In this document: piece by piece, positions 1-6,790 of the stretch | Layout of the letters: each line of letters begins with the position of its first letter | Numbering within the stretch: the first letter of the stretch is position 1 | Source: a virus | Taxonomy: Duplodnaviria; Heunggongvirae; Uroviricota; Caudoviricetes | Virus record (IMG/VR): IMGVR_UViG_3300000292_000107 | Strand: one strand, 5' to 3' | Length of the DNA: 13,162 nt | The notes under the pieces: generated by a model | What the model was told of the DNA's origin: nothing | What the model saw: the letters and a program-made list of their open reading frames with translations, nothing else | Database searches by the model: none | Made by a program: the position numbers and the translations under genes

Positions 1-1
1 C

Positions 2-331
2 AGGGTTTATGACGATCAGCCGTTTGACCGGCAGATTGTTATTCCGGCGGTGGCATTCAGCGGCGCTAAACATGAGCGGGAGAATAACGATATTTATTCG
101 TCATGCCGCCTGATAGTACGGAAAAACGGTGCTGAAATTTATAACCGTACCGCGCTGGATAATACGCTGATTTACAGTGGTGTTATTGATATGCCAGCTG
201 GTCGCGGCCACATGACGCTGGAGTTTTCGGTGTCAGCATGGCTGGTGAATAACTGGTATCCCACAGCAAGTATCAGCGATTTGCTGGTTGTGGTGATGAA
301 GAAAGCCACCGCAGGCATCAGTATCAGCTGA
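2..331 (+). CDS. Host-specificity (J-like) tail-tip protein, C-terminal fragment; 5' end lies outside the window
   Basis: Frame is open from position 2 to the TGA at 329-331 (the track's M at 50 is internal). It sits immediately upstream of lom and stf, which is the lambda order J-lom-stf. Assignment rests on synteny and recalled similarity to the lambda J C-terminus. Confidence 0.6.
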   Translation, partial: RVYDDQPFDRQIVIPAVAFSGAKHERENNDIYSSCRLIVRKNGAEIYNRTALDNTLIYSGVIDMPAGRGHMTLEFSVSAWLVNNWYPTASISDLLVVVMKKATAGISIS

Positions 332-349
332 ATTTTATAACCCATATAC

Positions 350-376
350 GGGCGCCAGAAATGGCGCCTTTTTTAT
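350..376 (+). terminator. Rho-independent terminator downstream of the J-like gene
   Basis: Self-complementary GGCGCC arms at 351-356 and 363-368 with a 6-nt loop, followed by TTTTTT at 369-374. Confidence 0.65.
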
Positions 377-398
377 TGCAGAAAAGCGAGAGGTAATT

Positions 399-989
399 AT
401 GCGTAAAGTTTGTGCAGTCATTTTGTCCGCAGCCATCTGTCTGTCCGTATCCGGTGCGCCTGCATGGGCGTCTGAACATCAGTCCACACTGAGCGCGGGG
501 TATCTTCATGCCCGTACGAACGCTCCCGGCAGCGATAATCTGAACGGGATTAACGTGAAATACCGTTATGAGTTTACGGACGCGCTGGGGCTGATTACGT
601 CCTTCAGTTATGCCAATGCTGAGGATGAGCAAAAAACGCACTACAGCGATACCCGCTGGCATGAAGATTCCGTGCGTAACCGCTGGTTCAGCGTGATGGC
701 GGGGCCGTCTGTACGCGTGAATGAATGGTTCAGCGCGTATTCGATGGCGGGTGTGGCTTACAGCCGTGTGTCGACTTTCTCCGGGGATTATCTCCGCGTA
801 ACTGACAACAAGGGGAAAACGCACGATGTGNNNNNNNNNNGTCGCCACAGCAACACGTCTCTGGCGTGGGGGGCTGGCGTGCAGTTTAACCCGACCGAAT
901 CCGTGACCATTGACCTTGCTTATGAAGGTTCCGGTAGTGGCGACTGGCGAACGGATGCATTTATTGTTGGTATCGGATACCGTTTCTGA
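399..989 (+). CDS. lom: Lom/Ail/PagC-family outer-membrane beta-barrel protein (prophage lysogenic-conversion gene)
   Basis: 196-aa ORF with a signal-peptide-like N-terminus (MRKVCAVILSAAICLSVSGAPAWA), the family motif GINVKYRYE and the C-terminal YEGSGSGDWRTD...GIGYRF. SD GAGAGG lies upstream of the ATG. Ten Ns at 831-840 fall inside the ORF without breaking frame. Confidence 0.9.
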   Translation: MRKVCAVILSAAICLSVSGAPAWASEHQSTLSAGYLHARTNAPGSDNLNGINVKYRYEFTDALGLITSFSYANAEDEQKTHYSDTRWHEDSVRNRWFSVMAGPSVRVNEWFSAYSMAGVAYSRVSTFSGDYLRVTDNKGKTHDVXXXXRHSNTSLAWGAGVQFNPTESVTIDLAYEGSGSGDWRTDAFIVGIGYRF

Positions 990-1093
990 CAACAGACGCC
1001 GATTTATCTTCTGTAAATATTGTTATGATACGCAGGTTCATCCACTTTATGGGGTGAACTGCGTTTGAGGAAACGTAAAGTTACACTGTCCTG

Positions 1094-1128
1094 AAGCCCG
1101 TGGCGTCACTGCTGCGGGCTTTTTTTAT
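1094..1128 (+). terminator. Rho-independent terminator downstream of lom
   Basis: AAGCCCG (1094-1100) pairs with CGGGCTT (1115-1121) around a 14-nt loop, followed by a run of seven Ts then ATT. Confidence 0.6.
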
Positions 1129-1140
1129 TGGTGGAAAAGT

Positions 1141-3516
1141 ATGACAGTAAAAATTTCTGGCGTGCTTAAAGATGGCACAGGAAAACCAGTACAGAACTGC
1201 ACCATTGTGCTGAAGGCCAGACGAACCAGCAGCACGGTGGTGGTGAACACGGTGGCCTCTGAAAATCCGGATGAAGCCGGACGTTACAGCATGGATGTTG
1301 AGCATGGTCAGTACAGCGTCACCCTGCTGGTTGAAGGTTTTCCGCCTTCACATGCCGGGACCATTACCGTCTATGAAGGTTCCAGACCAGGTACGCTGAA
1401 TGATTTTCTCGGTGCCATGACGGAAGATGATGTCATGCCGGAGGCATTGCGTCGTTTTGAGGCAATGGTGGAAGAAGCGGCACGCAACGCCGAAGCCGCC
1501 TCTCAGAGCGCAGCGGCGGCAAAGAAATCCGAAACTGCAGCGGCATCATCGAAGAACGCAGCGAAAACCTCAGAAACGAATGCAGCTAATAGTGCACAGG
1601 CGGCAGCGACCTCAAAGACTGCATCGGCAAACTACGCGACAGCAGCCAAAAAATCAGAAACCAACGCGAAAAATAGCGAGACAGCCGCAAAGACGAGCGA
1701 AACCAACGCAAAGTCCAGCCAGACGGCAGCGAAGACCAGCGAAACGAATGCTAAAGCCAGTGAAACTGCAGCAAAAAACAGCCAGGTTTCAGCAGCCCAA
1801 AGCGAGAGTGCCGCTGCCGGTTCTGCGACTTCAGCTGCCGGATCAGCAACTGCTGCGGCTAACAGCCAGAAAGCTGCGAAGACGAGTGAAACTAACGCAA
1901 AGTCCAGCCAGACGGCAGCGAAGACCAGCGAAACGAATGCCAAAGCCAGCGAAACTGCGGCGAAAAACAGTCAGGATGCAGCAGCCCAAAGCGAGAGTGC
2001 CGCAGCTGGTTCTGCAAGTGCGGCGGCTTCTTCTGCCACTGCATCAGCCAACAGTCAAAAAGCTGCAAAAACCAGTGAAACCAACGCAAAGGCGAGCGAG
2101 ACTGCGGCGGCTAACTCGGCGAAAGCATCCGCTGCAAGCCAGACAGCAGCTAAAGCAAGTGAGGATGCAGCCAGAGAGTATGCAAGCCAGGCTGCGGAGC
2201 CGTATAAACAAGTATTGCAGCCGCTTCCTGATGTGTGGATACCATTTAACGATTCACTGGATATGATTACGGGGTTTTCGCCGTCATATAAAAAGATTGT
2301 TATTGGTGATGATGAAATAACGATGCCTGGCGATAAGGTTGTAAAGTTTAAACGCGCATCGAAAGCAACCTATATTAATAAATCTGGTGTGCTGACAGAG
2401 GCTGCCATTGACGAGCCACGATTTGAACGTGATGGCCTGCTTATTGAGGGGCAAAGAACAAACTACATGCTCAATTCGGAAAGCCCTGCCAGTTGGGGGC
2501 GATCGTCAAATATGGATGTGCCCGAAACAGGGACGGATAATTTTGGTTTTACCTATGGAAAGTTTGTCTGCAACGATTCTCTGATTGGGCAAACCTCAGC
2601 CATTAATATGGCATCAATTGCTGCAACAAAGTCAGTTGATGTCTCAGGCGATAATAAACACGTGACAACCTCATGTCGTTTTAAAACAGAACTGCAGGTA
2701 AGGTTGCGTATCCGGTTTGATAAATATGACGGTAGCGCAACAACTTTTCTTGGTGATGCGTATATTGATACACAAACGCTTGAAATTAATATGACAGGCG
2801 GTGCTGCCTCAAGGATTACAGCGAGAGTCAGAAAGGACGAAGCTACCGGATGGATTTTTGCAGAGGCAACAATTCAGGCAATTGATGGGGAGTTAAAAAT
2901 AGGTTCTCAGATACAGTATTCTCCTAAGCAGGGCGGGGCAACCGTATCTGGTGACTATATTTATCTGGCCACCCCACAAGTAGAAAATGGGCCTTGTGTA
3001 TCATCTTTTATTATATCAGGAACGACGGCGGCGACCCGCGCAAGCGATATAGTTACAGTTCCCATTAAGAATAATCTTTATAATCTTCCTTTTACGGTTC
3101 TTTGTGAGGTACATAAGAACTGGTATAAAACGCCAAATGCAGCGCCGCGTGTTTTTGATACCGGCGGTCATCAAACCGGAGCGGCTATTATTCTTGGGTT
3201 CGGATCTGCGGCAGATGGGCCAGACGGATTTCCTTATTGCGATATTGGAGGAGCTAACAGACGGGTAAACGAAAACGCATCGCTTGAAAAAATGGTTATG
3301 GGGATGCGTGTAAAATCAGATCAGTCTACGTGCTCAGTAAGTAACGGGCGCATATCCAGCGAAAAAAAGACTACGTGGTCCTATATTCAGAACTCTGCAA
3401 CCATCCGTATTGGAGGCCAGACTACAGCAGGGTCACGTCATTTATTTGGTCATATCAGGAATTTCAGAATATGGCACAAGGCATTGACTGATGCTCAGGT
3501 GGGGGAGTCAATCTAA
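1141..3516 (+). CDS. stf: Side tail fibre protein (Stf-like) with lambda-like N-terminal anchor, Ala/Ser/Thr/Lys-rich repeat shaft and a divergent C-terminal LamG/ConA-like domain
   Basis: 791-aa ORF. The first ~110 aa (MTVKISGVLKDGTGKPVQNCTI...GRYSMDVEHGQYSV...FPPSHAGTITVYE) resemble the lambda Stf N-terminus as I recall it. The middle is built of KTSETNAK-type repeats. The C-terminus ends LFGHIRNFRIWHKALTDAQV, which looks like a laminin-G/ConA-like jelly-roll terminus. Position after lom matches lambda. Confidence 0.85.
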   Translation: MTVKISGVLKDGTGKPVQNCTIVLKARRTSSTVVVNTVASENPDEAGRYSMDVEHGQYSVTLLVEGFPPSHAGTITVYEGSRPGTLNDFLGAMTEDDVMPEALRRFEAMVEEAARNAEAASQSAAAAKKSETAAASSKNAAKTSETNAANSAQAAATSKTASANYATAAKKSETNAKNSETAAKTSETNAKSSQTAAKTSETNAKASETAAKNSQVSAAQSESAAAGSATSAAGSATAAANSQKAAKTSETNAKSSQTAAKTSETNAKASETAAKNSQDAAAQSESAAAGSASAAASSATASANSQKAAKTSETNAKASETAAANSAKASAASQTAAKASEDAAREYASQAAEPYKQVLQPLPDVWIPFNDSLDMITGFSPSYKKIVIGDDEITMPGDKVVKFKRASKATYINKSGVLTEAAIDEPRFERDGLLIEGQRTNYMLNSESPASWGRSSNMDVPETGTDNFGFTYGKFVCNDSLIGQTSAINMASIAATKSVDVSGDNKHVTTSCRFKTELQVRLRIRFDKYDGSATTFLGDAYIDTQTLEINMTGGAASRITARVRKDEATGWIFAEATIQAIDGELKIGSQIQYSPKQGGATVSGDYIYLATPQVENGPCVSSFIISGTTAATRASDIVTVPIKNNLYNLPFTVLCEVHKNWYKTPNAAPRVFDTGGHQTGAAIILGFGSAADGPDGFPYCDIGGANRRVNENASLEKMVMGMRVKSDQSTCSVSNGRISSEKKTTWSYIQNSATIRIGGQTTAGSRHLFGHIRNFRIWHKALTDAQVGESI
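1640..2110 (+). repeat. Nested in-frame tandem repeats inside stf: two full 189-bp units plus partial flanking copies, built from 24-27-bp sub-repeats
   Basis: Unit 1 at about 1691-1879 and unit 2 at about 1880-2068 are near-identical (anchors AAGTCCAGCCAGACGGCAGCGAAGACCAGCGAAACGAATGC at 1711 and 1900; GCAGCCCAAAGCGAGAGTGCCGC at 1792 and 1981). The period of 189 nt is 63 codons. Confidence 0.85.
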
Positions 3517-3797
3517 TGAAAGATTTAACACTCAAATTTGCCGACAGGGCCGACTTTTCGGCCTTTATGGAGAGTGCTGGCTATTATGATGACGAGTCGA
3601 TGCAGGATGATATTCTTATTGACGTGATAGGTAACGTGTACAAAGAAACCGGAGAACTTACTGAAGATGGCGAGCCGGTATGTGTTAAGGAAGACGGATA
3701 TTTTGTAAACGTGCGCATCATTAATGATGTGAAAACACCGTCAATATTCGATGAATACGTGGTTGCTGTTGAGCATCAACTTCGTGGCTGGATGTGA
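3516..3797 (+). CDS. Hypothetical acidic 93-aa protein, translationally coupled to stf
   Basis: Its ATG overlaps the stf stop (TAATG at 3514-3518). The ORF stops 9 nt before the next gene. I recognise no domain. Confidence 0.55.
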   Translation: MKDLTLKFADRADFSAFMESAGYYDDESMQDDILIDVIGNVYKETGELTEDGEPVCVKEDGYFVNVRIINDVKTPSIFDEYVVAVEHQLRGWM

Positions 3798-3806
3798 GGA
3801 AGAATA

Positions 3807-4847
3807 ATGGCTACATCGACAGTAATTCCTGATGACATCAAAACGCTAAAATCCGATGTTAGCAAATTAAAAAACGATCAAGGAAGCTACGTAACAAAAT
3901 CATATGTAGACAGCAAAAATGAAACCGTTAATGACTGGTCTGCTGCATGGTATCAGCAGGTACTGCCAACTAGCGGAGCTATATTTGGGCGAAAACTTCG
4001 CTCAACTCACAGGACGGCAGGTGTTGAGGATGCGTATTGCGAACTATACCTCAAAAAATGGATAGACAGTCCAGGTAACGCAATGGCGCGCCTTAACCTG
4101 AACGATAACGGGACAAACATTTGCTGGGACTTTACCAACCTTTATGGCGGTACGATGATTTTTCCCGGTGACAGCGGATACCTCAAAATGGGTAACTGCC
4201 TTATGTCATACAGCAAGCGTGGAAGTAACGCGCTTATTAAATTTGATTACACCGACACATTACAGATCAAATATGCCAATCATGGGTCAACCATGACATT
4301 AAACACACAGGGAACCGCTTATGCTGGTGTTACTGCTCAATTGTGGGGCAACTCCAGCCGTCCTGTTGTTTATGAAGTCGGTGTTGATGGTGGCGCTTAT
4401 ATGTTCTATGCGCAGAAAAATACCGATAACACCTATATGTTAAGCGTTAATGGTGCATGTCATGCCACCGCATTTAACCAGCATTCCGACCGGGATCTGA
4501 AAGACAACATTCAGGTGATCGATAATGCAACCGACCGCATCCGTAAAATGAACGGCTATACATACACGCTTAAAGAAAACGGTATGCCCTATGCTGGTGT
4601 CATTGCACAGGAAGCTCTGGAAGCAATCCCAGAAGTTGTAGGTTCCGCAATGAAATATCAGGACGGTGCAAGCGGATCGGAAGGTGAAGAAGGTGAACGT
4701 TATTACACAGTAGATTATTCTGGTGTTACTGGCTTGCTTGTTCAGGTAGCCAGAGAGTCAGACGACAGAATAACAGCACTGGAAGAAGAAAACGCAGAAT
4801 TAAGACAAAGATTATCTGCAATTGAGGCGGCGCTTGCGTCTAAATAA
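3807..4847 (+). CDS. Tail fibre/tailspike-like protein with C-terminal peptidase-S74 intramolecular chaperone domain
   Basis: 346-aa ORF with SD GAGGAAG upstream. The C-terminal ~120 aa begin SDRDLKDNI (Ser at codon 227, nt 4485-4487, with Lys five residues later), then NGYTYTLKENGMPYAGVIAQEALEAIPEVV...YYTVDYSGVTGLL and a terminal coiled-coil (ITALEEENAELRQRLSAIEAAL). This matches the autoproteolytic chaperone domain of endosialidase and T5 pb1-type fibres. Confidence 0.75.
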   Translation: MATSTVIPDDIKTLKSDVSKLKNDQGSYVTKSYVDSKNETVNDWSAAWYQQVLPTSGAIFGRKLRSTHRTAGVEDAYCELYLKKWIDSPGNAMARLNLNDNGTNICWDFTNLYGGTMIFPGDSGYLKMGNCLMSYSKRGSNALIKFDYTDTLQIKYANHGSTMTLNTQGTAYAGVTAQLWGNSSRPVVYEVGVDGGAYMFYAQKNTDNTYMLSVNGACHATAFNQHSDRDLKDNIQVIDNATDRIRKMNGYTYTLKENGMPYAGVIAQEALEAIPEVVGSAMKYQDGASGSEGEEGERYYTVDYSGVTGLLVQVARESDDRITALEEENAELRQRLSAIEAALASK

Positions 4848-4853
4848 TATCAA

Positions 4854-4876
4854 GGGGCCGAGCGCCCCGTTTTATT
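4854..4876 (+). terminator. Candidate rho-independent terminator ending the fibre operon
   Basis: GGGGC (4854-4858) pairs with GCCCC (4864-4868) around a 5-nt loop, followed by TTTT at 4870-4873. Confidence 0.5.
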
Positions 4877-4889
4877 GGGTAGGATGAAA

Positions 4890-5177
4890 ATGGATATAAC
4901 ACCTTTCCTTCATGCGCTTTGTGCTGTGGCTGCGCAGCTACTGATTGGTCTTTTTACCGGGAACTGGGCTTACGGGGCGATAGCCGGTTGTACGTTCTTC
5001 ATTGCGCGTGAACACACCCAGGCAGAATATCGCTGGATTGAAATGTTTGGGCATGGCAAGAGGATTAACATGCCGTGGTGGGGCGGTTTTGATCCGCGCG
5101 TGTGGGATGTGGCAAGCCTGATGGATTTTGCTGTGCCGGTGGTGGCGTGTCTGCTGATCTGGATGTTGATCCGTTAA
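4890..5177 (+). CDS. Small hydrophobic membrane protein of unknown function (prophage moron)
   Basis: The track ORF starts at a TTG (4875). In-frame ATGs lie at 4884 and 4890; AGGA at 4881-4884 is well spaced for 4890. The protein has two or three predicted hydrophobic helices (FLHALCAVAAQLLIGLF, AIAGCTFFIA, FAVPVVACLLIWMLI). Confidence 0.55.
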   Translation: MDITPFLHALCAVAAQLLIGLFTGNWAYGAIAGCTFFIAREHTQAEYRWIEMFGHGKRINMPWWGGFDPRVWDVASLMDFAVPVVACLLIWMLIR

Positions 5178-5180
5178 ATA

Positions 5181-5227
5181 TAAAAAGTAAAAAGCCGCAG
5201 TAACTTGTCATGATAGGATACTGCGGC
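5181..5227 (-). terminator. Candidate terminator for the dinI-like gene
   Basis: 9-bp stem GCCGCAGTA (5194-5202) / TACTGCGGC (5219-5227) around a 16-nt loop; on the minus strand it is followed by a T-rich run (complement of 5181-5193). The large loop is atypical. Confidence 0.4.
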
Positions 5228-5294
5228 TGGCTGGTTAACTTTCGATAGTGCGAGTATTGAATGATTTCCAGCCGTTACTGATTTTACGTGCTAA

Positions 5295-5543
5295 TTAGTG
5301 AACAAACCACTCGTCAGCAGACTCCCAGGTATCTTTCAGAGTTTCCTGAACAAAAGTTTTAGCTGAATCTTTATCGGCGGTGCGCGTAACAGAAAGGCCA
5401 TCGTTGCTGGTGGCTTTTACGATCACCTCTACATCGTCATAACGTTTACTGATGCGTCGGGTTAATTCTTCCTTTAACGCATCCACAGCACCGTTTGGCA
5501 TTTTAGTCATTTTTTCTTTGGCTATGCAGATCTCAATACGCAT
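5295..5543 (-). CDS. dinI: DinI-family protein (SOS-inducible RecA modulator homologue, prophage-encoded)
   Basis: 82-aa [12 protein letters not shown]...[13 protein letters not shown]...LSV...[16 protein letters not shown] shares the conserved blocks of E. coli DinI as I recall it. SD GAGGGA lies 6 nt upstream and two LexA boxes immediately upstream of that. Confidence 0.85.
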   Translation of the reverse strand: MRIEICIAKEKMTKMPNGAVDALKEELTRRISKRYDDVEVIVKATSNDGLSVTRTADKDSAKTFVQETLKDTWESADEWFVH

Positions 5544-5556
5544 AAAAGTCCCTCTA

Positions 5557-5576
5557 TACTGTGTTTGTATACAGTA
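5557..5576 (-). promoter_or_regulatory. LexA box 1 (SOS operator) proximal to the dinI-like start
   Basis: TACTGTGTTTGTATACAGTA fits the CTGT-N8-ACAG consensus with AT-rich spacer; it lies 14 nt upstream of the dinI ATG. Confidence 0.8.
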
Positions 5577-5584
5577 TTATTTTT

Positions 5585-5604
5585 AACTGTATGGATAAAC
5601 AGTG
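5585..5604 (-). promoter_or_regulatory. LexA box 2, directly abutting the integrase stop codon
   Basis: AACTGTATGGATAAACAGTG fits CTGT-N8-ACAG. It is 28 bp centre-to-centre from box 1 and ends 1 nt before the int stop (5605-5607). Confidence 0.7.
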
Positions 5605-6702
5605 TCAAGAGGTCTTATTTCTGCTCCTTTGGAGCTCTTCAAAACGATTATGTAAAGATTTCGGATACAGTTCGGTATATACCTGCCATAGCACGTTTAA
5701 TGAACGATGCCCTGTAACCTGAGCGACTTCCTCAATACTAAAACCAGCCTCAAATAAGCGACTTGCCCCTTCTCTACGCAAATCATGGTATCGCAGATCT
5801 TTAATACCTAATTTGCTTCTTACCCTCTGAAATCCTGCAGTAACAGAAGTGCTGTTATATGGAAAAATGAATTCCGATTTTTTGGGCTGTCGTTGGACGA
5901 TATCCCAGGCTTCCCCAAGCAAGGCTACTTTCATGTGGTTGCCTTCCTTTTTGCGTGGATCTTTCCTGTCTCTTACGAGTATAGATTTTTGTTCCTGGTC
6001 GAGATCTTCCCATCGTAACCGGCATACTTCTCCGATCCGCATACAGGACCACACAGAAAATTTGAGGATATCAACGAACGGAATTTTTGAGCATTTATGA
6101 GTAGATCGTTGTTGAAGGCCTTCAATGAGCATGTCCAGTTCATCAGATGCTGGTCTACGATTCCGACGGTTTGATTTACCAATCAAACCAAGTTTAAGTA
6201 GATATGGGCGAGCGCTTTTCGCCGGGTTTGATGTGTAATTAATTCCGTATACAGGTTTGGCCGCATCCAGAACACTGCCAAGATAACTAACATCGTGGCT
6301 GACTGTTGCTGGACCTGCACCAGCGTTGTTTCTTAGCCTGCAATGTTCAATTACGTCATTTTCTGTCAGTTCAGATAGTTTGATCGCGGAGATGTCACTA
6401 TCCATAAGCAGTTCCAGCACATATCTTTTAGTACGGCCTGCTTTACCTCCGGCATTTGGGTCATTTAAATATTTGTGTAGTAAGTCACGGACTGTAAGTC
6501 CGTCAACTGGATTTGATGATGGAATGCCATATAGATCTAATTCCATCACTTTCTGTGTTCCCCATGTTTTGGCATGAGCATGTTTAGGGAATGTTTTGCT
6601 TTCCCTGTAAGTGATAACACCTTTTTCTTTGATAATCACATTACAGCGATAGCGTGGTGTGCCATCGGATTTTAGTCGTTTCTCTATGTTATAGTACGCC
6701 AT
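5605..6702 (-). CDS. int: Tyrosine recombinase / phage integrase (dusA-associated integrase type)
   Basis: 365-aa ORF with tyrosine-recombinase catalytic signatures in the C-terminal half (R in CMRIGEVCRLRWEDL; YHDLRREGAS box; GHRSLNVLWQVY with the catalytic Tyr). SD GAGG upstream. It lies divergent to, and 88 bp from, the dusA start. Confidence 0.9.
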   Translation of the reverse strand: MAYYNIEKRLKSDGTPRYRCNVIIKEKGVITYRESKTFPKHAHAKTWGTQKVMELDLYGIPSSNPVDGLTVRDLLHKYLNDPNAGGKAGRTKRYVLELLMDSDISAIKLSELTENDVIEHCRLRNNAGAGPATVSHDVSYLGSVLDAAKPVYGINYTSNPAKSARPYLLKLGLIGKSNRRNRRPASDELDMLIEGLQQRSTHKCSKIPFVDILKFSVWSCMRIGEVCRLRWEDLDQEQKSILVRDRKDPRKKEGNHMKVALLGEAWDIVQRQPKKSEFIFPYNSTSVTAGFQRVRSKLGIKDLRYHDLRREGASRLFEAGFSIEEVAQVTGHRSLNVLWQVYTELYPKSLHNRFEELQRSRNKTS

Positions 6703-6721
6703 TACACGACCTCGTTATTTC

Positions 6722-6757
6722 GGGTTCCCATAAAACGTGGGAACCTGTGCGGGAACC
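6722..6757. promoter_or_regulatory. Inverted plus direct repeat in the int-dusA intergenic region; candidate integrase or regulator binding site
   Basis: GGTTCCCA (6723-6730) and its inverted copy TGGGAACC (6738-6745) flank a 7-nt spacer, and GGGAACC recurs at 6751-6757. It lies 20-55 bp upstream of the int ATG and has no flanking T-run, so it is not a terminator. Confidence 0.4.
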
Positions 6758-6790
6758 TAACGCGAGAAAAATAGCCTGAAATGTTCAAAA

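Noticed and set aside
831-840. 10-N run inside lom as a possible biological feature
   Set aside because: Ns are assembly or masking ambiguity, not sequence; frame is maintained across it.
324-992. 222-aa minus-strand ORF antisense to lom
   Set aside because: Fully overlaps lom, which has a signal peptide, family motifs and an SD; the antisense ORF contains the N run and has no recognisable features.
1427-2266. 279-aa Arg/Gln/Lys-rich ORF in an alternative plus-strand frame, and minus-strand ORFs 1632-1943 and 1892-2089, all inside stf
   Set aside because: They lie entirely within the stf repeat region, whose T-poor codon composition removes stop codons from all frames; the translations are low-complexity and have no SD or independent support.
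4875-4889. TTG at 4875 as the start of the small membrane protein
   Set aside because: It falls within the T-run of the upstream terminator and has no SD; the ATG at 4890 has AGGA at proper spacing.
5849-6577. Short ORFs on both strands inside the integrase gene (5849-6100, 5855-6052, 5973-6182, 6326-6577)
   Set aside because: Embedded in, or antisense to, a well-supported integrase CDS; no start-site signals.
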